NCBI GenBank assembly: GCA_047947115.1
Contig: CP170459.1
Span: forward strand, 4,256,001-4,320,000
Direction of reading: 5' to 3'
Source: Verrucomicrobiota bacterium
GTDB lineage: Bacteria > Verrucomicrobiota > Verrucomicrobiia > Limisphaerales > AAA164-E04
DNA: 64,000 nt
Below the pieces are notes generated by a model. The model saw only the letters and a list, made by a program, of their open reading frames with translations, was not told where the DNA came from and searched no databases. This document shows, piece after piece, positions 49,460-57,641 of the stretch (positions are counted from its first letter, which is position 1; every line of letters starts with the position of its first letter). Position numbers and translations under genes: made by a program.

Positions 49460-52400
49460 TCACGAACGTTTGCGGGGCCTCCCCGCCCTCAACACCCGCA
49501 ACGAAAATCCCCTCCCATTCTCATAAGGTTCCACCCGGGCGTTGACCTCCAGCACCGGATACCTCACCGTGGCCAATCCGTAACTCCGATACGTCGAGGC
49601 AAACAACTCCGTCTCCACCATCCCCGTCCAGTCCGCCAGGGTCAGGAATTTCATGGGCTCACCGGTAACCTGATGATGCAATCGCTGCTCAATCACCAAG
49701 CCACAGGTGGTGATTTCCTGTCCGATATAATGTCCCAGGCGTTTCACCGGACAATAGGTCTCCCACGCCACCTCCGGATGCAGATCCAGCAGATGACCCG
49801 ACACCGGGAACCCCAGAGCCTCGTCCTCCCATTCCAGACGCTGTTGCCATGAAGGCTCCTGCAACGTGGTTTTCGGCAAACGCTCCGTGTCCGGCGGCGG
49901 CAACAACCAGCCCTGATCCGGACATTCCCGATCCGAAAAAGTCCGGTTCAAAAACTGTGACACCCAGAACTGGGACGTACGCGTCTTGCCAAACGCATCA
50001 AATGCCCCCACACGAATCAAGCGTTCCATCTCATCCGCCAGCGGAAACACCCGCCGGTGGAAATCAGCCATCGAAACAAACTTTCCCTTCGCACGTTCGT
50101 TGACCACCCGTTGCACCGTTTGATCCGTCAGGCCCTTGATCGCGCTCAACGGCACGCGAATGCCCCGCTTCGCCAGGCGATGACGTTGTGATGTCTGACG
50201 GGACTCGGCAGGATCCCCCAAACGCTCCACCTGATAACCGGGGCCCGGGGCTTGGATCGAAGGCGGCAACAGAGGAATCCCCAGACGATCGCACTCCAGC
50301 ACATAAACCAGCGGATGATAAAACCCCTTCCCTTGCGTCAACACCGAGGCCATGAACTCGGCGGGAAAATAACACTTCATCCAGGCCGACTGATATGCCT
50401 CCACCCCGTAGGCCGTGCTGTGCGCCTTGCAGAACGCGTAGCCATTGAAGCCGCTGACCAGTTCCCACACCTCTTGAATTTTCTCCTCTCCATGCCCGCG
50501 CTTGAGCGCCGAGGCGAAAAACTCGCGACGAATCTCCTCAATCGTGGCCGCCTTCCGCTTATTCAACGCACGCCGCAGCACATCCGCACGCCCCGGTGGC
50601 AGCCCGGCAAACCGCTCGCTGATCTGCAGAATGTGTTCCTCATAAACGACCAGACCAAAGGTGCTCCGCAAACAATCGGCCAACGAAGGATGCGGATAGA
50701 CAGGTTCCTCCATCTTCTGATAACGGCGAGTGAAACGAAGTTTCTTCTGTTCATTGGCCGCCCCCGGGCGAATCACCGACACGATGGCCACCAGCCCGTC
50801 AATCTCCCGTACATTACACATCCTGCAGAGACTCACCATGGCCGGACTCTCGATATGATGCACCGCGCGCGCGCCGCCCCCGGCAATCATCGCCCAGACC
50901 TTCGGGTCCGTCCACGGATCGGTCTCCGGCGCTGCGATCGTCTCGGGAGGCCCATCTTCACCCGGCTGCATGATGCGCCACTGACATCGATCCAGATCCA
51001 TCCGAATCCCGCGCACCTGCAACATCTCCCCGACATCCCGCATCACCGACAAGCCGCCCTGGGCCAGGATATCCATCTTGACCAGACCGATTTCTTCCAC
51101 GGCATCCATGTCGAAATGCGTCGTCGGGTATCCCTTGTTCGCCTTGAACGTCGGGGTGAGATGATGCATCGGTTGACGGGACAACACCACGCCACAGGGA
51201 TGCATCTTCGGATAACGCGGAAACCCGTCCAGAAACTCCGCCATCCGCAAAGCCGTCGAATAGGGTTCTTCCTGGAGTGGCAGATCGCGGCATTCCTGAT
51301 TCCGGGCAATGAAGCTGCTCATGTCCCGCGCGCCTGCATAAGGAAACCGTTCGGTTACCCGCCGGATCTGATATTCCGAAACGCCCAATACCTTGGCGAC
51401 ATCCCCCATCGCTCCGCGTGATTTGTAGGTCGAAAAACCACCCACCACGGCACAGTATTTCTCACCGTATTTGCGGAAGATCAGGTCAATCACATCATCC
51501 TTCCGGTCATGAGGAAAATCCACATCGATATCCGGTAACTTGTGCAAGGCCATGCGGTCCTTGTTCAGAAAACGTTTAAAATACAGTTCAAACCGAATCG
51601 GACACACATCACTGATTCGAAGGCAATAACACACCAACGAATCCGCCGCGCTCCCCCGTGTGATCCAATGAATCCCCGCCGCCCGGCAATCCTGCAACAG
51701 ATTCCACACCACCAGGAAATATTCCTCGTAGCCCACATCATGAATGATCGCCAGTTCCTCCTCCACCTGACGTTGCACACGTTCGCGCCGGGACGCCGGA
51801 TAACGTTCCGCCAGTCCCTTCATCACCAGCTTGCGCAGAAAAGATCGCGGCGACGAACCATCCGGCGGACGGTAATCCGGAAACTGCGGCGGCCCCAACG
51901 GCATCTGGAAATCACGACAACGCTCTGCAATCTCCCGGGTGCGTTCAAACACTTGCGGATGCTCCTTCCACAAATCCCGCCAGGTGTGCATGACCGGATA
52001 ATGCAAGGTCCCGCTCTGATCCTTGTCGGGATGACGCTGCTTCAGCAAGGTCAGGGTGCGAATGGACTGCACCACATCGTATTTCCAATAATCTTTCGGC
52101 AAGGCATAATGCACCGGCGTCACCGCCACGACAGGACTCTGTTGATCGGCAAATTTTTTCAATACCCCGGGATGTTCCGCCCCGCGGTAAAACCGGTTTT
52201 CAAAAAAGGATTCAAGTCGGGGATCCTTTCCAATCGCGATCAAACCATCCGTCGGAACCGAAGCCAATTGATGCCGCGTCCAATGCCCGTGTCCGCTCAA
52301 ACGCCGGATCAGAGCCGTCGATTCCTGCGAGGCATCGGAAACCGGTTTCTTCCGCCCTTTCCGTCCGCGTTGCAAAGGCACGGGCGGCGGTTTCTCGACG

Positions 52401-54088
52401 GGTGATTTGGACGAAAGCAGTTGGCACAGGTTGCGGTAACCGGTTTCGTTCTGCGCATATAGCAGCAAGGGCTCGCCATCCACACCGATCTCCGCCCCGA
52501 TGACCGGTTGAATCCCCTGTTCTTTGGCGCATTGATAAAACGGCACCGCGCCATGCAGGTTCCCCTGGTCCACCATGGCCACGGCGGGTTGCTGTTGCTC
52601 GCAGGCCAAGCGCACGACATCCTCTACCGACAAGGCCGAGTTCAGAAAGGAGTAATAACTTTTGACGTTCAACGCCACCGGCGTCACCACACGACGACGC
52701 ACCGGGGTTGACCGGGAAACCGGTGCCCGATCACCGCGTCCAGCATCCACCGCATCCCCATAGCGGGATGCGCGCTCGGTCATGACTTGTCCCGTAGCCG
52801 GGGAGGGTGGATACACTCGTATCTGCCGTCCTGTGACGCCATCCGTTCGTTCGCGAGAAGGTTTTTCCGATTCTTCGCGTCCGGGGTTTTGTTCGTGTTG
52901 TTTGACCGCGTCCCGCAAAATGAAATCATGCCCACGCAGAATCGCACCGGGACCGCACCGACGCTTCAGATCATCCACGATCCGCGCCAGGCGACGGCGT
53001 GATTCACGTTGTTCGGAAGCACGGTCGAGGGTCAGTTCGCTGCGATAAAAACTGTCGTAAATATTGGACAACTTGAGCGACACCAAACGCAGACTCACCC
53101 GCCGCCGCCAGGCCTTGCGCAACAGGATGCCCAAGCGACCGTAGATATCGGTCTCCAGATCGGTGGGTTCCTCCAGACTTTCCCCGCATTGATCCTCCAT
53201 CATGTCGTTGTAACGCACCTTGACGGTCAGGGTGCGGACGCATTTGCCATCCGCACGCACCTTGGCCATGAGTGTGTCGGCCATGCGCCGCAAGGTGGCC
53301 TCAATGCGATCCTCATCGGTCTGATCTTCTCCGAACGTTTCCTGTTTCCCATACGACTTGGCCGGTGCGGATACCGCCACGATGGGGCGATCATCCACCC
53401 CGTCGGCATACTCCCGGATGCGCGGCGCAATGTTCCCCAGAATCAAATGCAACAGATCCGTCGAAGTCGCCGAAATCTGCCCGATCCGGGCCAACCCGGC
53501 GGCATTCAAACGCGACGCCGTCTTGGCTCCGATCCCCGGCAACCAATGGTTGGGCAGCGGATGCAGAAACGGAATTTCATACCCCTTCTCGATCTCCTGA
53601 AATGCGGCGGGTTTGTGCAGTTTGGACGCGATCTGGCTGATCAGTTTGTTCGTGCCGATTCCTTCGCTGACCGTAATTTTCAGCGATTGACCAATGGCTT
53701 TGCGAATGATCTGGGCGATTTCGGACGCCGGTTTGCGCACGCCGGAAAGGTCGAAGTAACCTTCATCGATCGAAGTGATCTCCACATCCGGCGTAAAATC
53801 ATAGGCATACGAAAACATCCAGCGGGAGAAGCGTTCGTATTTCTCGTAATCCCCCGGCAACAGAATCAGTTTCGGACACAACTTCCGCGCCTGTACCGTC
53901 GGCATCGGAGTATAAATCCCGAATTTCCGCGCCTCATACGACGCCGCGGCGATGATCCCCCTTTTCTCGCCCCCCACCGCCACCGGCTTGCCCCGCAACC
54001 GCGTATCAGACGCCTGCTCCACCGAAGCAAAAAAAGCGTCCGCATCCAAATGAACCATCGTTCGTCGCAATGGAGAAGCACCTGCCAT
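49460..54088 (-). CDS. Fused DNA polymerase IV (DinB, Y-family) and DnaE2-like DNA polymerase III alpha
   Basis: HLDADAFFASVEQ, SYEAR, SIDEGY, little-finger domain; linker; degenerate PHP, RGSAA, PDIDVDF, HPCGVV, KMDIL, FNGYAFCKAHS, OB fold. Confidence 0.92.
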   Translation of the reverse strand: MAGASPLRRTMVHLDADAFFASVEQASDTRLRGKPVAVGGEKRGIIAAASYEARKFGIYTPMPTVQARKLCPKLILLPGDYEKYERFSRWMFSYAYDFTPDVEITSIDEGYFDLSGVRKPASEIAQIIRKAIGQSLKITVSEGIGTNKLISQIASKLHKPAAFQEIEKGYEIPFLHPLPNHWLPGIGAKTASRLNAAGLARIGQISATSTDLLHLILGNIAPRIREYADGVDDRPIVAVSAPAKSYGKQETFGEDQTDEDRIEATLRRMADTLMAKVRADGKCVRTLTVKVRYNDMMEDQCGESLEEPTDLETDIYGRLGILLRKAWRRRVSLRLVSLKLSNIYDSFYRSELTLDRASEQRESRRRLARIVDDLKRRCGPGAILRGHDFILRDAVKQHEQNPGREESEKPSRERTDGVTGRQIRVYPPSPATGQVMTERASRYGDAVDAGRGDRAPVSRSTPVRRRVVTPVALNVKSYYSFLNSALSVEDVVRLACEQQQPAVAMVDQGNLHGAVPFYQCAKEQGIQPVIGAEIGVDGEPLLLYAQNETGYRNLCQLLSSKSPVEKPPPVPLQRGRKGRKKPVSDASQESTALIRRLSGHGHWTRHQLASVPTDGLIAIGKDPRLESFFENRFYRGAEHPGVLKKFADQQSPVVAVTPVHYALPKDYWKYDVVQSIRTLTLLKQRHPDKDQSGTLHYPVMHTWRDLWKEHPQVFERTREIAERCRDFQMPLGPPQFPDYRPPDGSSPRSFLRKLVMKGLAERYPASRRERVQRQVEEELAIIHDVGYEEYFLVVWNLLQDCRAAGIHWITRGSAADSLVCYCLRISDVCPIRFELYFKRFLNKDRMALHKLPDIDVDFPHDRKDDVIDLIFRKYGEKYCAVVGGFSTYKSRGAMGDVAKVLGVSEYQIRRVTERFPYAGARDMSSFIARNQECRDLPLQEEPYSTALRMAEFLDGFPRYPKMHPCGVVLSRQPMHHLTPTFKANKGYPTTHFDMDAVEEIGLVKMDILAQGGLSVMRDVGEMLQVRGIRMDLDRCQWRIMQPGEDGPPETIAAPETDPWTDPKVWAMIAGGGARAVHHIESPAMVSLCRMCNVREIDGLVAIVSVIRPGAANEQKKLRFTRRYQKMEEPVYPHPSLADCLRSTFGLVVYEEHILQISERFAGLPPGRADVLRRALNKRKAATIEEIRREFFASALKRGHGEEKIQEVWELVSGFNGYAFCKAHSTAYGVEAYQSAWMKCYFPAEFMASVLTQGKGFYHPLVYVLECDRLGIPLLPPSIQAPGPGYQVERLGDPAESRQTSQRHRLAKRGIRVPLSAIKGLTDQTVQRVVNERAKGKFVSMADFHRRVFPLADEMERLIRVGAFDAFGKTRTSQFWVSQFLNRTFSDRECPDQGWLLPPPDTERLPKTTLQEPSWQQRLEWEDEALGFPVSGHLLDLHPEVAWETYCPVKRLGHYIGQEITTCGLVIEQRLHHQVTGEPMKFLTLADWTGMVETELFASTYRSYGLATVRYPVLEVNARVEPYENGRGFSLRVLRAGRPRKRS

Positions 54089-54108
54089 ACTGTTCGCTTG
54101 AACAGTAT
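54087..54108. promoter_or_regulatory. LexA-type SOS box (TGTTC-N4-GAACA)
   Basis: ATACTGTTC-GCTT-GAACAGTAT, perfect 9-bp arms, touching the start codon. Confidence 0.8.
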
Positions 54109-54129
54109 CTGAACGACGAGCGGTGTCAA
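54102..54129 (-). promoter_or_regulatory. sigma70 promoter of the polymerase fusion
   Basis: TTGACA-N16-TACTGT on the minus strand; the -10 lies within the SOS box. Confidence 0.65.
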
Positions 54130-54130
54130 T

Positions 54131-54277
54131 TTAGGTTTTAGCTTTTAGGTTTTAGATGTTAGCTTTTAGCTTTTAGTTTTTAGCCGTTAGCCGTTAGCCG
54201 TTAGCCGTTAGCCGTTAGCCGTTAGCCGTTAGCCGTTAGTCGTTAGCCGTTAGTCGTTAGCCGTTAGTCGTTAGCTG
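54131..54277. repeat. Heptamer tandem array (TTAGNNN) x21
   Basis: Seven TTAGCTT-like units followed by TTAGCCG/TTAGTCG units, all in 7-bp register. Confidence 0.95.
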
Positions 54278-55307
54278 TCTTCCCATCTTCTCCACGTGAC
54301 AGAATACGATAGATTTTGGTGCGATTGATGCCCAGGAGTTTAGCTGCTTTGGACATATTGCCGTCCGCTTTGGTTAGGGCACGCCGGGTGAGTATGAATT
54401 CGGCTTCTTCCAGATTATCAGGCAATTCCGGATCAGCCCCATGGCTTCCACTCTCAGTTTCAACTTGAGACAGACCCTGTGCTTCACTCGGCTGCTGCAG
54501 TCGCAATTGCCTGGCATCGATAATACCTGCGGGAGATTCAATGGTGGCGCGTTCCAGGATGCTTTTGAGTTCACGAACATTGCCAGGAAATGCGTAATCC
54601 ATCAGCGCTTTCCAGGCATTTTCGCTCAGGGATGGTGTGATTCGCCCCAGTTCCACAGCAAAACGATGGAGAAAATGCGCAGTCAGCAGTTCGACATCCT
54701 CACGGCGTTCCCGCAAGGGCTGTAATTCAATTTCATCTCCCACTATAAAACCACGAGCTGCGCTCCTTTCATCCCCAAAGGCATCGATTGAAACTGATAA
54801 TGGATCTGAACCAACCAAATTGCCATTGATATAAAATTTAATGTCCTCAGGTCCAGCAACCGCCGCCACATGCATCCATTCCCCAATCCGGATATAATCG
54901 CGCATCGTCATACGATTTGTTCCTTGGGAAGTTAGGATAAAAAAATTAATGTCTGCCGTTCCATTTCCTCGATGGATACTAAAACCATCTTGACCGGAAA
55001 CGTATAAGAAAATGCTATCTTGTCCTGACAGATCATCCCACCGAACCCAAGTCTCAATCGTCAATGCTGACAAGGTTTTGAACACCTCATATCCACCGTT
55101 TTCAAGTTCGATGTAAGAATCGTCTTCCGAAAATTGAAGCACATGATTTGGCAAGATTTGGTCCTGCCCAAAGAGCGCAGTCGTGTGGGTTAATCCGAGA
55201 ATGAGGAAGGACAATGTTATCCACCCCCGCAATCCAAGCTGGATTGAATGACACACCGACAGAACGTCGCGTTTTGCTTCTAAGGTTTTCATGGACATTT
55301 CAAGCAT
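54264..55307 (-). CDS. Chimeric LamG/ConA-like domain plus C-terminal fragment of a sigma54 activator (lid + Fis HTH); possible deletion remnant
   Basis: LTIETWVR, GEWMHVAAV, FYING; then PLRERREDV, FPGNVRELK, GNMSKAAKLLGINR; no Walker A, GAFTGA or Walker B. Confidence 0.65.
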   Translation of the reverse strand: MLEMSMKTLEAKRDVLSVCHSIQLGLRGWITLSFLILGLTHTTALFGQDQILPNHVLQFSEDDSYIELENGGYEVFKTLSALTIETWVRWDDLSGQDSIFLYVSGQDGFSIHRGNGTADINFFILTSQGTNRMTMRDYIRIGEWMHVAAVAGPEDIKFYINGNLVGSDPLSVSIDAFGDERSAARGFIVGDEIELQPLRERREDVELLTAHFLHRFAVELGRITPSLSENAWKALMDYAFPGNVRELKSILERATIESPAGIIDARQLRLQQPSEAQGLSQVETESGSHGADPELPDNLEEAEFILTRRALTKADGNMSKAAKLLGINRTKIYRILSRGEDGKTAND

Positions 55308-55318
55308 GGATTTTCATT

Positions 55319-55334
55319 AGCAACCGGAATGCCA
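55319..55334 (-). promoter_or_regulatory. sigma54 (-24/-12) promoter
   Basis: TGGCAT-TCCGG-TTGCT on the minus strand, just upstream of the 55307 ORF. Confidence 0.6.
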
Positions 55335-55409
55335 AATAGTCTACCCAATTATTATCCAATAATAAAGAACGACTTAACAACAAATCCGCCATGCTTCCAT
55401 GTAAAACGG

Positions 55410-55449
55410 AGATGACACAAGTGTTCATATGTGAACACTTGTGTCATCT
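55410..55449. repeat. 40-bp palindrome (candidate enhancer site or terminator)
   Basis: AGATGACACAAGTGTTCA-TATG-TGAACACTTGTGTCATCT, perfect 18-bp arms. Confidence 0.85.
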
Positions 55450-55459
55450 GGATGTGATT

Positions 55460-55501
55460 TTAGCTCTTAGCTCTTAGCTTTTAGCAGTTAGCTTTTAGGT
55501 T
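55460..55501. repeat. Heptamer tandem array (TTAGNNN) x6
   Basis: ttagctc ttagctc ttagctt ttagcag ttagctt ttaggtt. Confidence 0.85.
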
Positions 55502-56526
55502 TTGGTGCTTCCTGTGTGGTAGGCGATGATGCGGGTTTGGGGGGGGAATGTGTTTTTGCGAACCAGGTCCATGAGTCCGAACATCATTTTGCCAGTGTAA
55601 ACAGGGTCCAGGGCCACGTTTTGTGTTTGCTCGAAAGATTGACAGAAGGCGCGTAGCGTTTCATCGGATTTCGCGTAGCCTCCGAAGTGGTAGCGTGTTT
55701 CTATCGACCAACGCTGTGCACCGATGGGGTGTCCTTCCAGGAGTCGCTCGACTTCTTTTTCAAGGAAAGCACCTCCTTTCAATGATGAAAAGCCCAGTGC
55801 GGTCACATCTTTTTGAGCGCCTGAGACGATCCCGGCCAAGGTGCCGCCTGTTCCGACCGAACAACACACATAGTCGTGAGGTGTGGTAAGGCGTTCGACC
55901 ATTTCCCGGGTTCCTTTCACAGCCAATGGCCACGATCCCCCCTCGGGTAGGACAAGACAGGGAGACCATTGGGTTTCCAATTGGCGGGTGAAAGCGGGAT
56001 CATGTTTTTGCCGATAACGTTCCCGTGAAATCCCCTCAAGATGCATTCCCCAACGTTGGGCCTGGGACAGCACCGGATTGAGCGCTCTGGCTTCATCACC
56101 TCGCACCAGCCCCACTGTTTTGAAACCGAAAAGGTGTCCGGCCCCCGCTACGGCAAGCAAGTGATTGGAATAGGCACCCCCGAAAGTCACCAAGGTGGTC
56201 TTCCCCTGCTCCGCAGCGTGGATGAGAGCATGCTTTAGCTTCCACCATTTGTTGCCGGCGATCATGGGGTGCAGCAAATCATCCCGGACCAGATCAATGG
56301 TCACATCACGCTCTTTCAACTCGAAAAGATCCACGCGATGCAATCGCAACGGTTTTCCCTGTGCCGCAAAGAAATCCCGAATACAACCTGTCCGTGGGTG
56401 ATCACATACAGGGGATAGGGATTTGCTTTTTTGAACCGCAGATTTCACAGATTTACGCAGATTTTTTTTATTAGTATTGAGATAATTTGAGTCTGCTTGG
56501 CAATGAGAGCTGACAGAGTCATGCAT
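55495..56526 (-). CDS. PLP-dependent ACC deaminase/D-cysteine desulfhydrase family protein
   Basis: RDDLLH..GNKWWKL, TFGGAYSNH, PEGG, GTGGT, LDPVYTGK, HTG; true start probably downstream of 56526 because the ORF N-terminus is repeat-derived. Confidence 0.85.
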   Translation of the reverse strand: MHDSVSSHCQADSNYLNTNKKNLRKSVKSAVQKSKSLSPVCDHPRTGCIRDFFAAQGKPLRLHRVDLFELKERDVTIDLVRDDLLHPMIAGNKWWKLKHALIHAAEQGKTTLVTFGGAYSNHLLAVAGAGHLFGFKTVGLVRGDEARALNPVLSQAQRWGMHLEGISRERYRQKHDPAFTRQLETQWSPCLVLPEGGSWPLAVKGTREMVERLTTPHDYVCCSVGTGGTLAGIVSGAQKDVTALGFSSLKGGAFLEKEVERLLEGHPIGAQRWSIETRYHFGGYAKSDETLRAFCQSFEQTQNVALDPVYTGKMMFGLMDLVRKNTFPPQTRIIAYHTGSTKT

Positions 56527-56625
56527 TGAACGTCATCTTAACACCCCACATACCGGTGATAATCTGGTAAATCTCGAAGATCCCACGAATGCGGTGGTGC
56601 GGATAAAAACCATACAACCAACGGT

Positions 56626-57558
56626 TCAGGATCGAGCAATCATTTGCCCTGCCATCAGTAAAGCCCCTACCGGCACGACATCTTCCCGCAATACAGCCTG
56701 CTTGATTTGAGGAGCTGGGAGAAACACTTTCATCATCCAATGGGGCAATTGATCAGCGACGCCTTGGATCAAGCGATCACCCATCAGGGAGAGTCCCCCT
56801 CCCAGAATGATCGCCTCCGGATGCATCAGGTGAACCACATGAGAAAGTGCAAACGCGAGGCTGCGCGTAGTTTCTTCAAAAATCTTTTCAGCCACTTCAC
56901 ATCCACCATCCAGAGCCTGATTCAAACAGGTCGCTTCGCCTCTGTTCCGATCACCAACCACTCTGGCGAGCAAGCTGTCAGGCCTATTCGTAATGGCTTC
57001 CCGAATGCGCCGATCCACCGCCCATCCGGAGCAAACCTCCTCCACGATCCGGCCGGACATATCCAGCCTGAGATGCCCTATCTCACTCTCTCCGGGGTGA
57101 GCTCCATGATAGATACCATTGTCCACAACCGCTCCACCACCCACCCCACTTCCAAGGGTGACGTAAAAGACCGGGTTAAAACCAATCCCAGCCCCTTTCA
57201 ATGCTTCCCCAAGGGCGGCGACGTTGGCGTCATTATCCACCACTGCCGGCAGCCCACTCAGATCCTGCAACCAGTTCTTCAATGAAAAATCAGCCCATCC
57301 TTCGATCTGATGGGAACAGGCCACCTTGCCGGTTGTTCGATCCAGCGGTCCGCCAAAACCAACCCCGATCCCCTGCACGGCGGCATGCTGATTCATCAAG
57401 CACCGGACCCCCTCCTCAACTTGCTGTCGGATACCGGCAGCACCCTGGTGGGGGTCCACCTCAAAACGTTTTCGGTCCAAAATTTCGCCATCTGACTGAC
57501 CACAGACGAGCTGCAACTTGGTTCCACCTATCTCGACACCTATGAAGTGAGCATTCAT
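56626..57558 (-). CDS. ROK family sugar kinase
   Basis: GVEIGGTK, DNDANVAALGE, TLGSGVGGG, EIGH, ILGGG. Confidence 0.9.
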   Translation of the reverse strand: MNAHFIGVEIGGTKLQLVCGQSDGEILDRKRFEVDPHQGAAGIRQQVEEGVRCLMNQHAAVQGIGVGFGGPLDRTTGKVACSHQIEGWADFSLKNWLQDLSGLPAVVDNDANVAALGEALKGAGIGFNPVFYVTLGSGVGGGAVVDNGIYHGAHPGESEIGHLRLDMSGRIVEEVCSGWAVDRRIREAITNRPDSLLARVVGDRNRGEATCLNQALDGGCEVAEKIFEETTRSLAFALSHVVHLMHPEAIILGGGLSLMGDRLIQGVADQLPHWMMKVFLPAPQIKQAVLREDVVPVGALLMAGQMIARS

Positions 57559-57641
57559 TGTATGTTTTTCAAAAGGGATATGTAACGGGGTGAGTCATAC
57601 GCCAATATAACCGCAATTGAGCAGAATCCCACCCGGAAATA

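Noticed and set aside
49460..54088. Calling the N-terminal half ImuB, or the insert an intein
   Set aside because: Y-family catalytic residues are intact, and no intein splicing or homing endonuclease motifs are visible in the linker
50252..54112. Long plus-strand ORFs (389, 287 and 367 aa) opposite the polymerase fusion
   Set aside because: Antisense shadows of a GC-rich coding sequence with no recognisable motifs
54131..54277. Telomere-like repeat or eukaryotic contamination
   Set aside because: The unit is a variable heptamer continuous with bacterial genes, supplies a stop codon, and recurs at 55460
55422..55437. Second LexA box (TGTTC...GAACA)
   Set aside because: Spacer is 6 nt instead of 4, and it is the core of a larger palindrome
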